A stretch of DNA of 64,000 nt from NCBI GenBank assembly GCA_009780115.1, contig WRAQ01000011.1, positions 3,586-67,585 on the forward strand, in the 5' to 3' direction. This document shows positions 1 to 9,375 of this stretch, in pieces (positions within the stretch are counted from its first letter, which is position 1; the number at the start of each line of letters is the position of its first letter). Position numbers and translations under genes: made by a program. The notes under the pieces were generated by a model. That model was not told where the DNA came from and ran no database searches. It was given only the letters and a program-made list of their open reading frames with translations. This DNA comes from Lachnospiraceae bacterium (lineage in GTDB: Bacteria; Bacillota; Clostridia; Lachnospirales; Lachnospiraceae).

Positions 1-1
1 T

Positions 2-298
2 AACAAACGCTTTAAGGAAATCGTTAAAAATGCCCGCAAGGAGTATCATTATATCATTATTGATACCCCCCCGATCGGCAGTGTTATTGATGGTGCCGTT
101 GTTGCAAAAGTTTGCGATGGTGTGATGCTTGTTATCGAATCAGGGAACGTCAGTTACCGTTTTGCCCAAAAGGTTAAGGAACAGTTGGAAAAAGCCGGAT
201 GCCGTATTCTTGGTGTCGTGCTCAACAAAGTTAATCTTGGCAAAAAAGGTTATTATGGGAAGTATTACGGCAATTATTATGGTAGTTATGGGAATTAA
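2..298 (+). CDS. C-terminal part of a CpsD/Wze-type BY tyrosine autokinase (5' end outside the window)
   Basis: Frame 2 is open from the window edge. Translation reads ...YIIIDTPPIGSVIDGAVVAKVCDGVMLVIESG...CRILGVVLNKV... and ends in the Tyr cluster GYYGKYYGNYYGSYGN before TAA at 296-298. Confidence 0.8.
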   Translation, partial: NKRFKEIVKNARKEYHYIIIDTPPIGSVIDGAVVAKVCDGVMLVIESGNVSYRFAQKVKEQLEKAGCRILGVVLNKVNLGKKGYYGKYYGNYYGSYGN

Positions 299-301
299 TT
301 G

Positions 302-1177
302 ATGACAAACAATAGTAAAAAAATGATGCTTATCAGAAAAATTACTTTCACCGTGTTAGGTATCGGCGGGATTTTTGCTACATATTTCCTTGCCCGGGCC
401 TTATCAGGCGCCCCGATTCTAAACGAACCGGTGCTTGATATTGAAACACCTGCTATTATCGAAGAGGTTGCGGAAGAAATTAATGAAGAAATCAACGAAG
501 TCCCCGCAGCAGTTGCGGCGATGACCGAAGAAGAAATCTTCAGCGTTTTTGCCGGGGCAAGAAATGAAGCCGTCCCGAGTAATAGAGTGGAAGAAGAGCA
601 GTATACCCCGCCGATTGATTTTGAGTCATTATGGGCGGTGAACGACCATGTTTATGCTTGGATAACAGTACCGGGAACCATTATTGATTACCCGGTTCTC
701 CAACATCCGACTGATGATACGAGATACCTTAATTACAATATCGACGGTTCATTTGGATTACCTGGTTGTATTTATACCGAAAAAATGAATGCCAAGGATT
801 TTAGTGACCCCCATACAGTTATCTATGGCCACAATATGAGAAACGGCACGATGTTTGCAAAGCTTCATGAGTTCAGGAAAAGTGACTTTTTCGAAAAAAA
901 CCGCGATATCATCATTTATATGCCCGATAGAGAATTACGTTACAAAATTTTTGCCGCCTATGTGTATGATGACCGGCACCTGATGTACAGCTTTAACTTT
1001 CATAATCCGGATGTTTATGCCGCTTACTTAAAAGGGATATTTGATATTCGAGATATTAGCGCAAATATAGATAAAGATATGATTATAACCAATGATGACA
1101 AAATCATCACCCTGGTGACATGTATAAGCGGAGAGGATGATAAACGCTTATTAGTCCAGGCAGTTTTAATAAATTAA
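302..1177 (+). CDS. srtB: Class B sortase
   Basis: N-terminal TM anchor. Aligns by eye along its length to SrtB. Catalytic His in VIYGHNM, TLVTC Cys motif and a downstream Arg (KRLLVQA). ATG at 302 follows a TTG at 299. Confidence 0.85.
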   Translation: MTNNSKKMMLIRKITFTVLGIGGIFATYFLARALSGAPILNEPVLDIETPAIIEEVAEEINEEINEVPAAVAAMTEEEIFSVFAGARNEAVPSNRVEEEQYTPPIDFESLWAVNDHVYAWITVPGTIIDYPVLQHPTDDTRYLNYNIDGSFGLPGCIYTEKMNAKDFSDPHTVIYGHNMRNGTMFAKLHEFRKSDFFEKNRDIIIYMPDRELRYKIFAAYVYDDRHLMYSFNFHNPDVYAAYLKGIFDIRDISANIDKDMIITNDDKIITLVTCISGEDDKRLLVQAVLIN

Positions 1178-1187
1178 GGGTACAGCA

Positions 1188-2348
1188 ATGAATGAGGGGC
1201 AAAAAAACATAAATGAACAAACAGAACACGAAATAGACGGAGTTAATTTTCCTATCCTTACCGACCGTGATACAATGGAGGGCAAAAAAAGGAGGTTCCG
1301 TTATATTGTCATAAGCATAGGGACATTCCTGCTCTTGATTTTAGTGTTCTTCTTATTATTTAAAGGATATCAAAGTTACGGAAAATCAAGACTTAACCAA
1401 TATGCTGCTTCTTATGGTGAACCCGATATAGTATTATTGCAAGAGAATATCATGGGGATGGGGCTTGGTGATGATTACGAGGAATTACCTGAAGGCCGGT
1501 TAGTTTATAAAGGCCAGGTATATGAATATAATGAGGACATTATGAATTTCCTGGTCCTCGGAGTCGATAGCCGTGATGGTATCGGAGAAATAAAGATACC
1601 TGGCGAGGGCGGCCAAGCCGATATGATTGCTCTGGTGGTTTTAGATGAAAAAGCTAAATCACTTAAAATGATAAACCTCTCCCGTGATATCATGGTACCG
1701 GTGAGAACTTACGATCAAGGCGGTTTTTATACCGGAGTTTATGAAATGCAGCTCGCTCTCCAGTATGCTTATGGCGATGGGCGCGAGGTAAGTATCCGCT
1801 TGATGGAGGAAGCAATATCAGAGTTACTATATGGCATCCCTATTCACGGATCGGGGGCATTGGATTGGTTTACTATTGAAATATTGAATGATGCCGCCGC
1901 TGGCGTACCTGTAACTGTTATTGAAGACCTGACTGCAAGAATGCCCAGGCTTAAAGCAGGAGATAGCTTGACCCTGATGGGGCGGGAAGCATTTTATTAT
2001 GTTCAGTACCGCAATACAGACATTAGTGAATCAAACAATTTGCGGATGGCCAGGCAAAAGCAATACATTTTAGCATTCTTTCAAAGAATAAAGGAAAAAA
2101 CGAGGGGAAATATTACTTTCCCGCTTAAACTCTTTGGGATAGTAAATGAGCATGTTGTGACCAGCATTACCGCCGACCAGGTTGCATATCTAAGTACTGC
2201 GGTATTAGGTAGTTCGTTTTCAGAGAAAGATATGGTATCGGTCGCCGGGGAAATCACACAACCGGGCATATATGAAGAATTTCGGGTCGATGAAGAAGAA
2301 TTAATTGAACTAATCATTAATACATTTTATCGCGAAGTAATAAACTAA
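1188..2348 (+). CDS. LytR-CpsA-Psr (LCP) family glycopolymer ligase
   Basis: Single N-terminal TM. LCP core motifs NFLVLGVDSRDG, GQADMIALVVLD and INLSRD. Confidence 0.85.
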   Translation: MNEGQKNINEQTEHEIDGVNFPILTDRDTMEGKKRRFRYIVISIGTFLLLILVFFLLFKGYQSYGKSRLNQYAASYGEPDIVLLQENIMGMGLGDDYEELPEGRLVYKGQVYEYNEDIMNFLVLGVDSRDGIGEIKIPGEGGQADMIALVVLDEKAKSLKMINLSRDIMVPVRTYDQGGFYTGVYEMQLALQYAYGDGREVSIRLMEEAISELLYGIPIHGSGALDWFTIEILNDAAAGVPVTVIEDLTARMPRLKAGDSLTLMGREAFYYVQYRNTDISESNNLRMARQKQYILAFFQRIKEKTRGNITFPLKLFGIVNEHVVTSITADQVAYLSTAVLGSSFSEKDMVSVAGEITQPGIYEEFRVDEEELIELIINTFYREVIN

Positions 2349-2428
2349 AAATTAAATTATTAAGGTATTAACACATTCCGATGTGCTAATATAGAAACCA
2401 ATCATTCAAGAAAGGAGGTACAGTCCCC

Positions 2429-2983
2429 ATGAAAAGATTTTACGCCCTGTTATTATCAGTAATTTTGATAGTAACCCTGTCGCTTTCAGCTTTTGCAAGC
2501 ACAAGCCCTAAGGCACCTGCGGCACCGGAAGTCAAAACTGATGCACCTTATGTTCCTTCAACGACACCGGCACCTGTAACTGCAGTATCAATTGCTGTAG
2601 CCGATGTTTCAACAGTTGCGGCATCAAGCACTTTGGCTGATCACGCGAAGGATTTATTAGCTAATAAGGATGATTTCCTTACGACCTATGCAATTCCCGA
2701 AGCAGCAAGGCTTGCGGCAGTATTTAACATGAATTTCAGCGGCGAAATCCCGGGCGGCGGATTGCAAGTTCCGATCGTAGTGAACAATGCAGTAGCCGGC
2801 GATTATGTCATCGTTATGCACAGAAAAGCAGATGGCATTTGGGAAGTAGTTGGCCGTGGTATTCTTGGTGATGATTTAACAGTTGTTGCCACATTTACCA
2901 GTTTTTCACCGGTAATGGTCTTAGTAGTAGATGCTGCTGACGTAGCAGCAGTTGGTATTAAAGCGCCTAAAACCGGCGAATAA
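2429..2983 (+). CDS. Secreted Ala/Pro/Val-rich protein ending in APKTGE (sortase-B-like motif, no hydrophobic tail)
   Basis: RBS AAAGGAGG upstream. Signal peptide MKRFYALLLSVILIVTLSLSAFA. The C-terminus is ...GIKAPKTGE followed directly by the stop codon. Confidence 0.6.
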   Translation: MKRFYALLLSVILIVTLSLSAFASTSPKAPAAPEVKTDAPYVPSTTPAPVTAVSIAVADVSTVAASSTLADHAKDLLANKDDFLTTYAIPEAARLAAVFNMNFSGEIPGGGLQVPIVVNNAVAGDYVIVMHRKADGIWEVVGRGILGDDLTVVATFTSFSPVMVLVVDAADVAAVGIKAPKTGE

Positions 2984-2996
2984 AAAAACTGATAAA

Positions 2997-3046
2997 CTGA
3001 TGCCCAGCGGCATCAGTTTAAAGAGAATTGCGTAACAATTCTCTTT
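2997..3046 (+). terminator. Tandem hairpins downstream of the secreted-protein gene
   Basis: CTGATGCC-cagc-GGCATCAG (2997-3016) followed by TTT. Then AAAGAGAATTG-cgtaa-CAATTCTCTTT (3020-3046). Confidence 0.5.
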
Positions 3047-3369
3047 AATGGGCTAACGCTATTCGCGTTAATGTCCCATACAAATCTCGCTTTAAGCGAG
3101 TCGAAACTAGTTTTGAAAAAAAGAAGAAGCCTCGTTTCGTCAGGCACAGTCATGAAGTGCTTGGCAAGTAGGTAATGAGTGAATTGGTTTCAAGCGGTGA
3201 AGGCGCCGGTAAGCCGGCGCCGATTCACCTTACAACTAGGGATATAAGGTAAAATTGCACACAAATCGGGTTTTGTGCAAGACACCTCGCGGAACGTAGC
3301 TTGCTAATGTTTATCAAAACAATAATTATGAAATTGAATTAAATGCATTAATTAAATAAGAGTCAATTA

Positions 3370-4110
3370 ATGGGGGGGCAAATGATGGAAGCTATGTCAA
3401 AATCAGAAATGATTAAAACAATGGAATTACACGCCGAAGCTCCGGCTATAAAGCTTGTATATCAAGCTGAAACGATAGTAGAACATGACGTACATATCAA
3501 ATCAAAAGCATATGAGGCAGTTAAACGTACTTTAGATATCCTATTATCGATAGCTGCTTTAATTCTGCTTTCGCCGGTTTTCCTAATCGTAGCGATTTTA
3601 ATTAAGCTGGAAGACGGCGACCCTGTTATTTTCCGTCAGTTACGGACCGGCAAAGATGGAGAAGAATTTTTCATGTACAAATTCCGGAGCATGTGCAAAA
3701 ATGCACCGGATATGCATGCGGATTTATTGGTATACAATGAAATGCAAAGCGGCCCGGCTTTCAAACTGAAAAATGACCCCCGCATAACAAAAGTAGGAAA
3801 TTTTATCCGGAAAACATCAATCGATGAATTACCACAGCTTCTCAATATCATTAAAGGTGAAATGAGTATTGTCGGCCCAAGGCCGTTACCGACCTATGAA
3901 ACAAAGCAATGTAACGCTTTACATAAAAGGCGTCTCCTTGTTAGACCGGGCCTAACTTGTTATTGGCAAGTAAACGGCCGGAATAATATTGAATTTGATG
4001 AATGGATGGAAATGGATTGGAAATATGTTAAAGAGCGGAGTTTGATAACGGACACGATGATTTTCTTTAAGACTATTGGGGCAGTAATCAGTGGGGATGG
4101 GGCGGCTTGA
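3370..4110 (+). CDS. Undecaprenyl-phosphate sugar phosphotransferase (small WbaP/CpsE-type priming transferase)
   Basis: One TM, then the bacterial sugar transferase core: PVIFRQLRTGKDGEEFFMYKFRSM, PAFKLKNDPRITKVG, DELPQL, SIVGPRPLP. The exact start is uncertain (ATG at 3370, 3382 and 3385). Confidence 0.85.
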   Translation: MGGQMMEAMSKSEMIKTMELHAEAPAIKLVYQAETIVEHDVHIKSKAYEAVKRTLDILLSIAALILLSPVFLIVAILIKLEDGDPVIFRQLRTGKDGEEFFMYKFRSMCKNAPDMHADLLVYNEMQSGPAFKLKNDPRITKVGNFIRKTSIDELPQLLNIIKGEMSIVGPRPLPTYETKQCNALHKRRLLVRPGLTCYWQVNGRNNIEFDEWMEMDWKYVKERSLITDTMIFFKTIGAVISGDGAA

Positions 4111-5369
4111 ATACGAAAACTGGACAATCATTAAATATTTGGCTGGTAAGAATGGATGAAATACTTCCATGCGATGGCGAAAATCCGAGATTGCTTCGGA
4201 TGGGGCTTATTGCTGAAATATTCGCTTCAAAAGGACACCAAGTCACATGGTGGTGCTCTACCTTGAATCGTTTTACAAAAGAGTTTCGATATAATGAAAA
4301 TAAAGATTTACGAATTAATGAAAATCTTATTTTAAAGATGATTCATTCCTACAGATATACAAAGAATATGAGTTTCAAACGAATAAAGCATCATGCGCGT
4401 GAGAAACGTGAATTATATAATCAAATGCTTAAGGAACAGCCGCCAGACATCATATTATCTTCTATGCCATCAATTGAAGCTGCAACAACAGCAGCAAAGT
4501 ACGCAAGAAAAATGAAAGTTCCGTTGTTTATTGATGTGCGTGATACCTTTCCGGATATGTACCTTGAGTTTTGCAGTAAGAAAATACGTCCGTTTCTTAA
4601 GATAGGCATTATACCTTATAAATTAATGCTGGCAAAAACACTAAAATCAGCAAAAGGAATTTTTGCTACTTCGGAAAGATTTCTTGAATGGGCGTTAAAG
4701 TATGCAAAAAGAGAACGGCAAGAATATGATAATGTTTATTTTGTTTCATATCCTGACACAAATATTAATATAGAGAATCAATGTTACGATTTTTGGAAAA
4801 GCCAAAACCTATCCCGGGAAGATTTTATTTGTTGTTTTTTTGGACAATTCGGCTTTACTGTCGATATCGAAACTGTTTTAGAAGCAGCAAGGATTTTATA
4901 TAATGAAAGTGTTGAAGTAAAATTCGTTATTTGCGGCGTTGGAGAAAGATTAGCAAAATTAAAAAAGTCTGTTTCAGATTTAGATAATATTATTTTTCCG
5001 GGCTGGGTTGACCGTAATCATATTGCGGCATTAGGCAAATTATCGTCAGCAGGATTAATGGCATACCGTCCTGGAAATAATTATGAATGGTCTATGCCAA
5101 ATAAATTTTGTGAATATCTTGCGTTAGGCATTACAGTTCTTTTGCAACCGACAGGGGTAATGAAAGAAATGATTGATTGTGAAAAATGCGGTATTCATTA
5201 TAAAAATGCTGATGAACTTGCTAATGCAATTATTCAATTAAAAAAAGAACCGCAAAAATTACAGATGATGAAGCAAAATGCACGTAGCTTATATGATAAA
5301 TCTTTCCGCGCTGATATAACATATGGCAAAATGGTTGATTTCATTGAGAAAAATTATAAGGGAGTGTAA
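4107..5369 (+). CDS. GT4-type (GT-B fold) glycosyltransferase
   Basis: About 420 aa with GT-B-like organisation and a C-terminal E-x7-E-like region (NKFCEYLALG). The TTG start overlaps the upstream stop. Confidence 0.65.
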   Translation: MNTKTGQSLNIWLVRMDEILPCDGENPRLLRMGLIAEIFASKGHQVTWWCSTLNRFTKEFRYNENKDLRINENLILKMIHSYRYTKNMSFKRIKHHAREKRELYNQMLKEQPPDIILSSMPSIEAATTAAKYARKMKVPLFIDVRDTFPDMYLEFCSKKIRPFLKIGIIPYKLMLAKTLKSAKGIFATSERFLEWALKYAKRERQEYDNVYFVSYPDTNINIENQCYDFWKSQNLSREDFICCFFGQFGFTVDIETVLEAARILYNESVEVKFVICGVGERLAKLKKSVSDLDNIIFPGWVDRNHIAALGKLSSAGLMAYRPGNNYEWSMPNKFCEYLALGITVLLQPTGVMKEMIDCEKCGIHYKNADELANAIIQLKKEPQKLQMMKQNARSLYDKSFRADITYGKMVDFIEKNYKGV

Positions 5370-5371
5370 AA

Positions 5372-6469
5372 ATGAAATATCCTTTTGTTATCGTAGGGGC
5401 GGGCCTTGCCGGTTTAACTATTGCTGAACGTATTGCAAATGTTCTAAATCAAAAAGTTCTGATTATTGAAAAACGTCCTCATATAGCGGGAAACGTATAT
5501 GATTTTTATAATGATGATGGAATATTGATTCAGAAATATGGCCCGCACACATTTCATACGAATAATAAAAAAGTGTATGATTATTTAAGCCAATTTACGA
5601 AATGGAGAGATTATCAGCACCGTGTAATGTCTTATGTGAATGGTCATTATGTACCATTTCCTATTTCTATTGAGACGATTAATCAATTATATAATAAAAA
5701 CTTAACATCGGAAGAAATGTTTGAGTTTATTGAAAATCGTAAGGTTTCAATAGACGATGTTCGTACAAGTGAAGATGTCGTTCTTTCCAATGCCGGTATA
5801 GAGCTTTATGAAATATTCTTTAAGAATTTTACAATAAAGCAATGGGGGGTTTCACCGGCAGAGCTGGATAAAACAGTGATATCACGAATCCCTTTCAGAA
5901 ACAACCGTGACACACGGTATTTTACAGATATATATCAAGGTCAGCCGCTCTATGGTTACACACGTATGGCAGAGGCGATGTGTGACCATCCTAATATCAA
6001 CATCATGCTTAAAACGGATTATAAAGACATAATAAATCATATTGAATATGATAATTTGATTTATACCGGCCCTATTGATTATTTTTTCGATTTTTGTTAC
6101 GGTGAGTTAAGATACCGAAGCGTTAGGATGCAATTTGAGACACATGATTTGGAGTCATATCAACCGGCGCCTTCGACGAGATATCCAAATGATTATGATT
6201 ATACTCGTATAACCGAGTTTAAAAAATTAACCGGACAAGTTCACAGTAAAACAACGATTCTCAAAGAATTTCCATGTGATGAAGGAGAGCCTTATTATCC
6301 ATTCCCAACGGAAGAATGGAAAGTTGTTGCGGGGAAATACCGCAAAAAAGCAGAAAATGAAGAAAAGAGCTTTTTCTTGGGACGGCTTGCAGAATATCGA
6401 TATTATGATATGGATGATGTTGTGGAAGCGGCGTTAAATCTATTTAGTTTTTTATATTCGATAAAATGA
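5372..6469 (+). CDS. glf: UDP-galactopyranose mutase
   Basis: FAD fold VIVGAGLAGL. Also YGPHTFHT, the RYRS region and the typical C-terminus LGRLAEYRYYDMDD. Confidence 0.9.
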   Translation: MKYPFVIVGAGLAGLTIAERIANVLNQKVLIIEKRPHIAGNVYDFYNDDGILIQKYGPHTFHTNNKKVYDYLSQFTKWRDYQHRVMSYVNGHYVPFPISIETINQLYNKNLTSEEMFEFIENRKVSIDDVRTSEDVVLSNAGIELYEIFFKNFTIKQWGVSPAELDKTVISRIPFRNNRDTRYFTDIYQGQPLYGYTRMAEAMCDHPNINIMLKTDYKDIINHIEYDNLIYTGPIDYFFDFCYGELRYRSVRMQFETHDLESYQPAPSTRYPNDYDYTRITEFKKLTGQVHSKTTILKEFPCDEGEPYYPFPTEEWKVVAGKYRKKAENEEKSFFLGRLAEYRYYDMDDVVEAALNLFSFLYSIK

Positions 6470-7356
6470 AAAGTGAGGATAATATCTTGGAAGGAAATAT
6501 AAAAGCTTGTGATTTGCGGAAGTTTCAAATAGTATTACTTGATATATTAAAAGAGTTTATAAAAATTTGTGAAACTAATAATTTAACGTATTATGCTGTC
6601 AGTGGTACTGTCTTAGGTGCGGTTAGACATCAAGGTTTTATTCCTTGGGATGATGATATTGATATATCTATGCCAAGAAGTGATTATGAAAGATTTCTCG
6701 AAATTTCATCAATGAGTTTGAAGTCTCCTTATGAACTAAGAACATATACAAACGATGAAAATCATATTTATGCTGTTTCAAAGCTTATTGATAATCGGGT
6801 TAAAATATCAGCACATACTGCAAAAGAAAAAATGAATTATTATGCAAATATAGCTATAATCCCGGCAGATGGTTTGCCTGCTAATAAATTAATAAGACGT
6901 TTTCATATTTATTTATTTCTAATTAAAAAATTTTTATTTAATATTTCTGTTTTTGATAAACTTGTAATACAAGATAAAAAAAGGCCCCCATTAGAAAGCT
7001 TTCTCGTGTGGTTTCTAAATAAGTTTAATATTTCAAGGTTTTTTAATAAGAAAAAAAGAGTTATGGCGGCAGAAAAATTACTCAAAAAATATGCAATTGA
7101 AGAATCAAAATATTGTACTACTCAAATATGGGGTCAGTATAGATTTAAAACTATTTTTCCGATAGATTGGATTGGTAATGGAGTTTTATTACCATTTGAA
7201 GATATTAAAATAAGGGTTCCTATAGAATATAGAAAATATTTAGCACAAATATATGGTGAGGATTATATGGATTATCCCCCGGTAGAAAAAAGAGTAGCAG
7301 CCCATGCATCAGAAGTAATATTTCCTGTCGATGAAACGGATAAAAATTATGAGTAA
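6466..7356 (+). CDS. LicD-family phosphotransferase (phospho-alcohol/phosphonate transfer to glycan)
   Basis: LicD signature YYAVSGTVLGAVRHQGFIPWDDDIDISMPR. The start overlaps the glf stop (ATGA at 6466-6469). Confidence 0.8.
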   Translation: MKSEDNILEGNIKACDLRKFQIVLLDILKEFIKICETNNLTYYAVSGTVLGAVRHQGFIPWDDDIDISMPRSDYERFLEISSMSLKSPYELRTYTNDENHIYAVSKLIDNRVKISAHTAKEKMNYYANIAIIPADGLPANKLIRRFHIYLFLIKKFLFNISVFDKLVIQDKKRPPLESFLVWFLNKFNISRFFNKKKRVMAAEKLLKKYAIEESKYCTTQIWGQYRFKTIFPIDWIGNGVLLPFEDIKIRVPIEYRKYLAQIYGEDYMDYPPVEKRVAAHASEVIFPVDETDKNYE

Positions 7357-8650
7357 AAAAACAGTTTATTTAGTTACAAGTACCGACACTATCCATGGCG
7401 GACATATAGATATCATCCAAAAAGCGGCGGAATTAGGTGAGCTGACCATTGGTGTCCTCACTGATGAGGTCGTTGCAAGTTATAAGCGGTTTCCCCTCCT
7501 ATGTTTCGAAGAGCGCGCTAAGATGTTTTCAGGTGTAAAGGGTGTAGCGAGGGTAGTTAGACAAGATTATTTAGGATATAAAGAATGCTTGCTGGAACAT
7601 AAACCTGACATATTAGTGCATGGAGATGATTGGAAGGAAGGTTTTCTGAAACCACTAAGAGAAGAAGCGATTTCAGTTCTGAACTCATATGGTGGAAAAC
7701 TTGTGGAATTTCCTTATACGTATAATTCTCAATATGAACATTTAGAATATATGCGCAAAAAGCAGGCATCGATTCCCGATGTCCGGCGCGGACGATTAAA
7801 AAAGTTGTTATCGCTTAAACCATTAATAACAGCAATTGAAGCCCATAACGGGATAACAGGGCTTATTGCAGAAAAAGCACAGATATTTGATTGCGGGAAG
7901 CCAAACCAATTTGATGCAATGTGGATATCTAGTTTATGTGATTCTACCGCAAAGGGTAAACCAGATATCGAGCTTGTTGACATGAGTTCGCGAATCAGAA
8001 CGATAGACGATATCATGGAAGTAACGACAAAGCCTATTATATTTGATGGTGATACTGGCGGAATGACAGAGCATTTTTCCTATACTGTAAAAACACTTGA
8101 AAGATTAGGGGTGTCTGCAATTATTATTGAAGATAAAATCGGGTTGAAAAGAAATTCACTATTCGGCAATGATGTAGAGCAGACTCAGATTGATATAGTT
8201 TCATTCTGTGAGAAAATTTCAGAAGGAAAGAATTCTTTGAAAACAAAAGATTTTATGATTATCGCCCGGATAGAGAGCTTAATTTTAGGAAAGGGAATGA
8301 ATGATGCGCTTAAAAGAGCATATTCTTTTGTTGAAGCTGGTGCAGATGGAATCATGATTCACTCAAGGGAAAAGACTCCCACTGAAGTATTTGAATTTTC
8401 AAGAGAATTTAGGAAAAATAATAAATCGACACCTCTTGTTGTTGTACCTTCATCGTTTTCGTCAGTCACCGAGGAAGAGTGTATGAAGCAAGGCATTAAT
8501 ATTGTGATTTATGCAAATCAATTAATAAGAAGTGCCTTTCCGGCAATGATGGAAACGGCGCAAACGATATTGAGGAACAAAAGAGCATTAGAAGCAGATG
8601 AAAGATGTATGTCTATCAATGAAATTATTACACTGATTCCTGAAAAATAA
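7349..8650 (+). CDS. Fusion of a TagD/Fom1-type cytidylyltransferase domain and phosphoenolpyruvate phosphomutase (PepM)
   Basis: N-terminal HxGH nucleotidyltransferase motif (IHGGH, 7394-7405). The C-terminal domain carries the PepM-diagnostic EDK-x5-NS motif (EDKIGLKRNS, 8129-8158) plus DGDTGG. ATG 7349 overlaps the LicD stop; an alternative ATG lies at 7331. Confidence 0.9.
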   Translation: MSKKTVYLVTSTDTIHGGHIDIIQKAAELGELTIGVLTDEVVASYKRFPLLCFEERAKMFSGVKGVARVVRQDYLGYKECLLEHKPDILVHGDDWKEGFLKPLREEAISVLNSYGGKLVEFPYTYNSQYEHLEYMRKKQASIPDVRRGRLKKLLSLKPLITAIEAHNGITGLIAEKAQIFDCGKPNQFDAMWISSLCDSTAKGKPDIELVDMSSRIRTIDDIMEVTTKPIIFDGDTGGMTEHFSYTVKTLERLGVSAIIIEDKIGLKRNSLFGNDVEQTQIDIVSFCEKISEGKNSLKTKDFMIIARIESLILGKGMNDALKRAYSFVEAGADGIMIHSREKTPTEVFEFSREFRKNNKSTPLVVVPSSFSSVTEEECMKQGINIVIYANQLIRSAFPAMMETAQTILRNKRALEADERCMSINEIITLIPEK

Positions 8651-8666
8651 AGAGGAGAAAAGGATA

Positions 8667-9374
8667 ATGAAAGCAATAATTATGGCAGCCGGTAAAGGGT
8701 GCCGGATTTCCAACGAAATAGGAGAAGTACCCAAATCAACCTTAATTATCAATGAAAAGTCAATTATTAGAAATACCGTTGAAATTTTCATTTTATTAGG
8801 CATTGAGCCGATTGTATGCACTGGTTACAAATCTGAAAATATAAAAGAAGCTTTAGCTGGCTTAAAAGTCCGGTATTATCATAATCCGTTCTATGATATA
8901 ACAAACAATATTGTTAGTTTATGGTTTGCCAAAGAGGAGTTAAATGATGATGTAATAATTCTCAGTGCTGACGTCGTGTTTGAAAAGAAAATTGTTGAAA
9001 TATTGATGGTTCAGGATAATCCATTGACAATGACAGTAGATAGTTCTAGAACATTAGATGGTGATTTCTTTTTTAAATTATCTGACGAAGGTCATATTTT
9101 GGAATATGGGCCTGATTTGCCGGAAAATATTAGAAGCTGTGAATCTTTAGGATTGTCTAAAGTCAGGAGTAATGCAATTGAAGTGTTTAGTGCTAGATTG
9201 AATGAAATGATAGATGAAGGAAAACATGCATTAAATTTTGAACGCATTTTTCATTCATTTAATGATGATCAGATTTATCGCAATAGGACGGTAGATGTAA
9301 ACGGTTGTATTTGGCGGGAAATAGATTTTTATCATGATTATGTTAAAGCGAAAAAACAGTTTGAGGTAATTTGA
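8667..9374 (+). CDS. LicC/PntC-like nucleotidyltransferase
   Basis: Strong RBS AGAGGAGAAAAGG. MKAIIMAAGKGCR N-terminus. LicC-like layout through to the C-terminal WREIDFYHDY. Confidence 0.75.
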   Translation: MKAIIMAAGKGCRISNEIGEVPKSTLIINEKSIIRNTVEIFILLGIEPIVCTGYKSENIKEALAGLKVRYYHNPFYDITNNIVSLWFAKEELNDDVIILSADVVFEKKIVEILMVQDNPLTMTVDSSRTLDGDFFFKLSDEGHILEYGPDLPENIRSCESLGLSKVRSNAIEVFSARLNEMIDEGKHALNFERIFHSFNDDQIYRNRTVDVNGCIWREIDFYHDYVKAKKQFEVI

Positions 9375-9375
9375 A

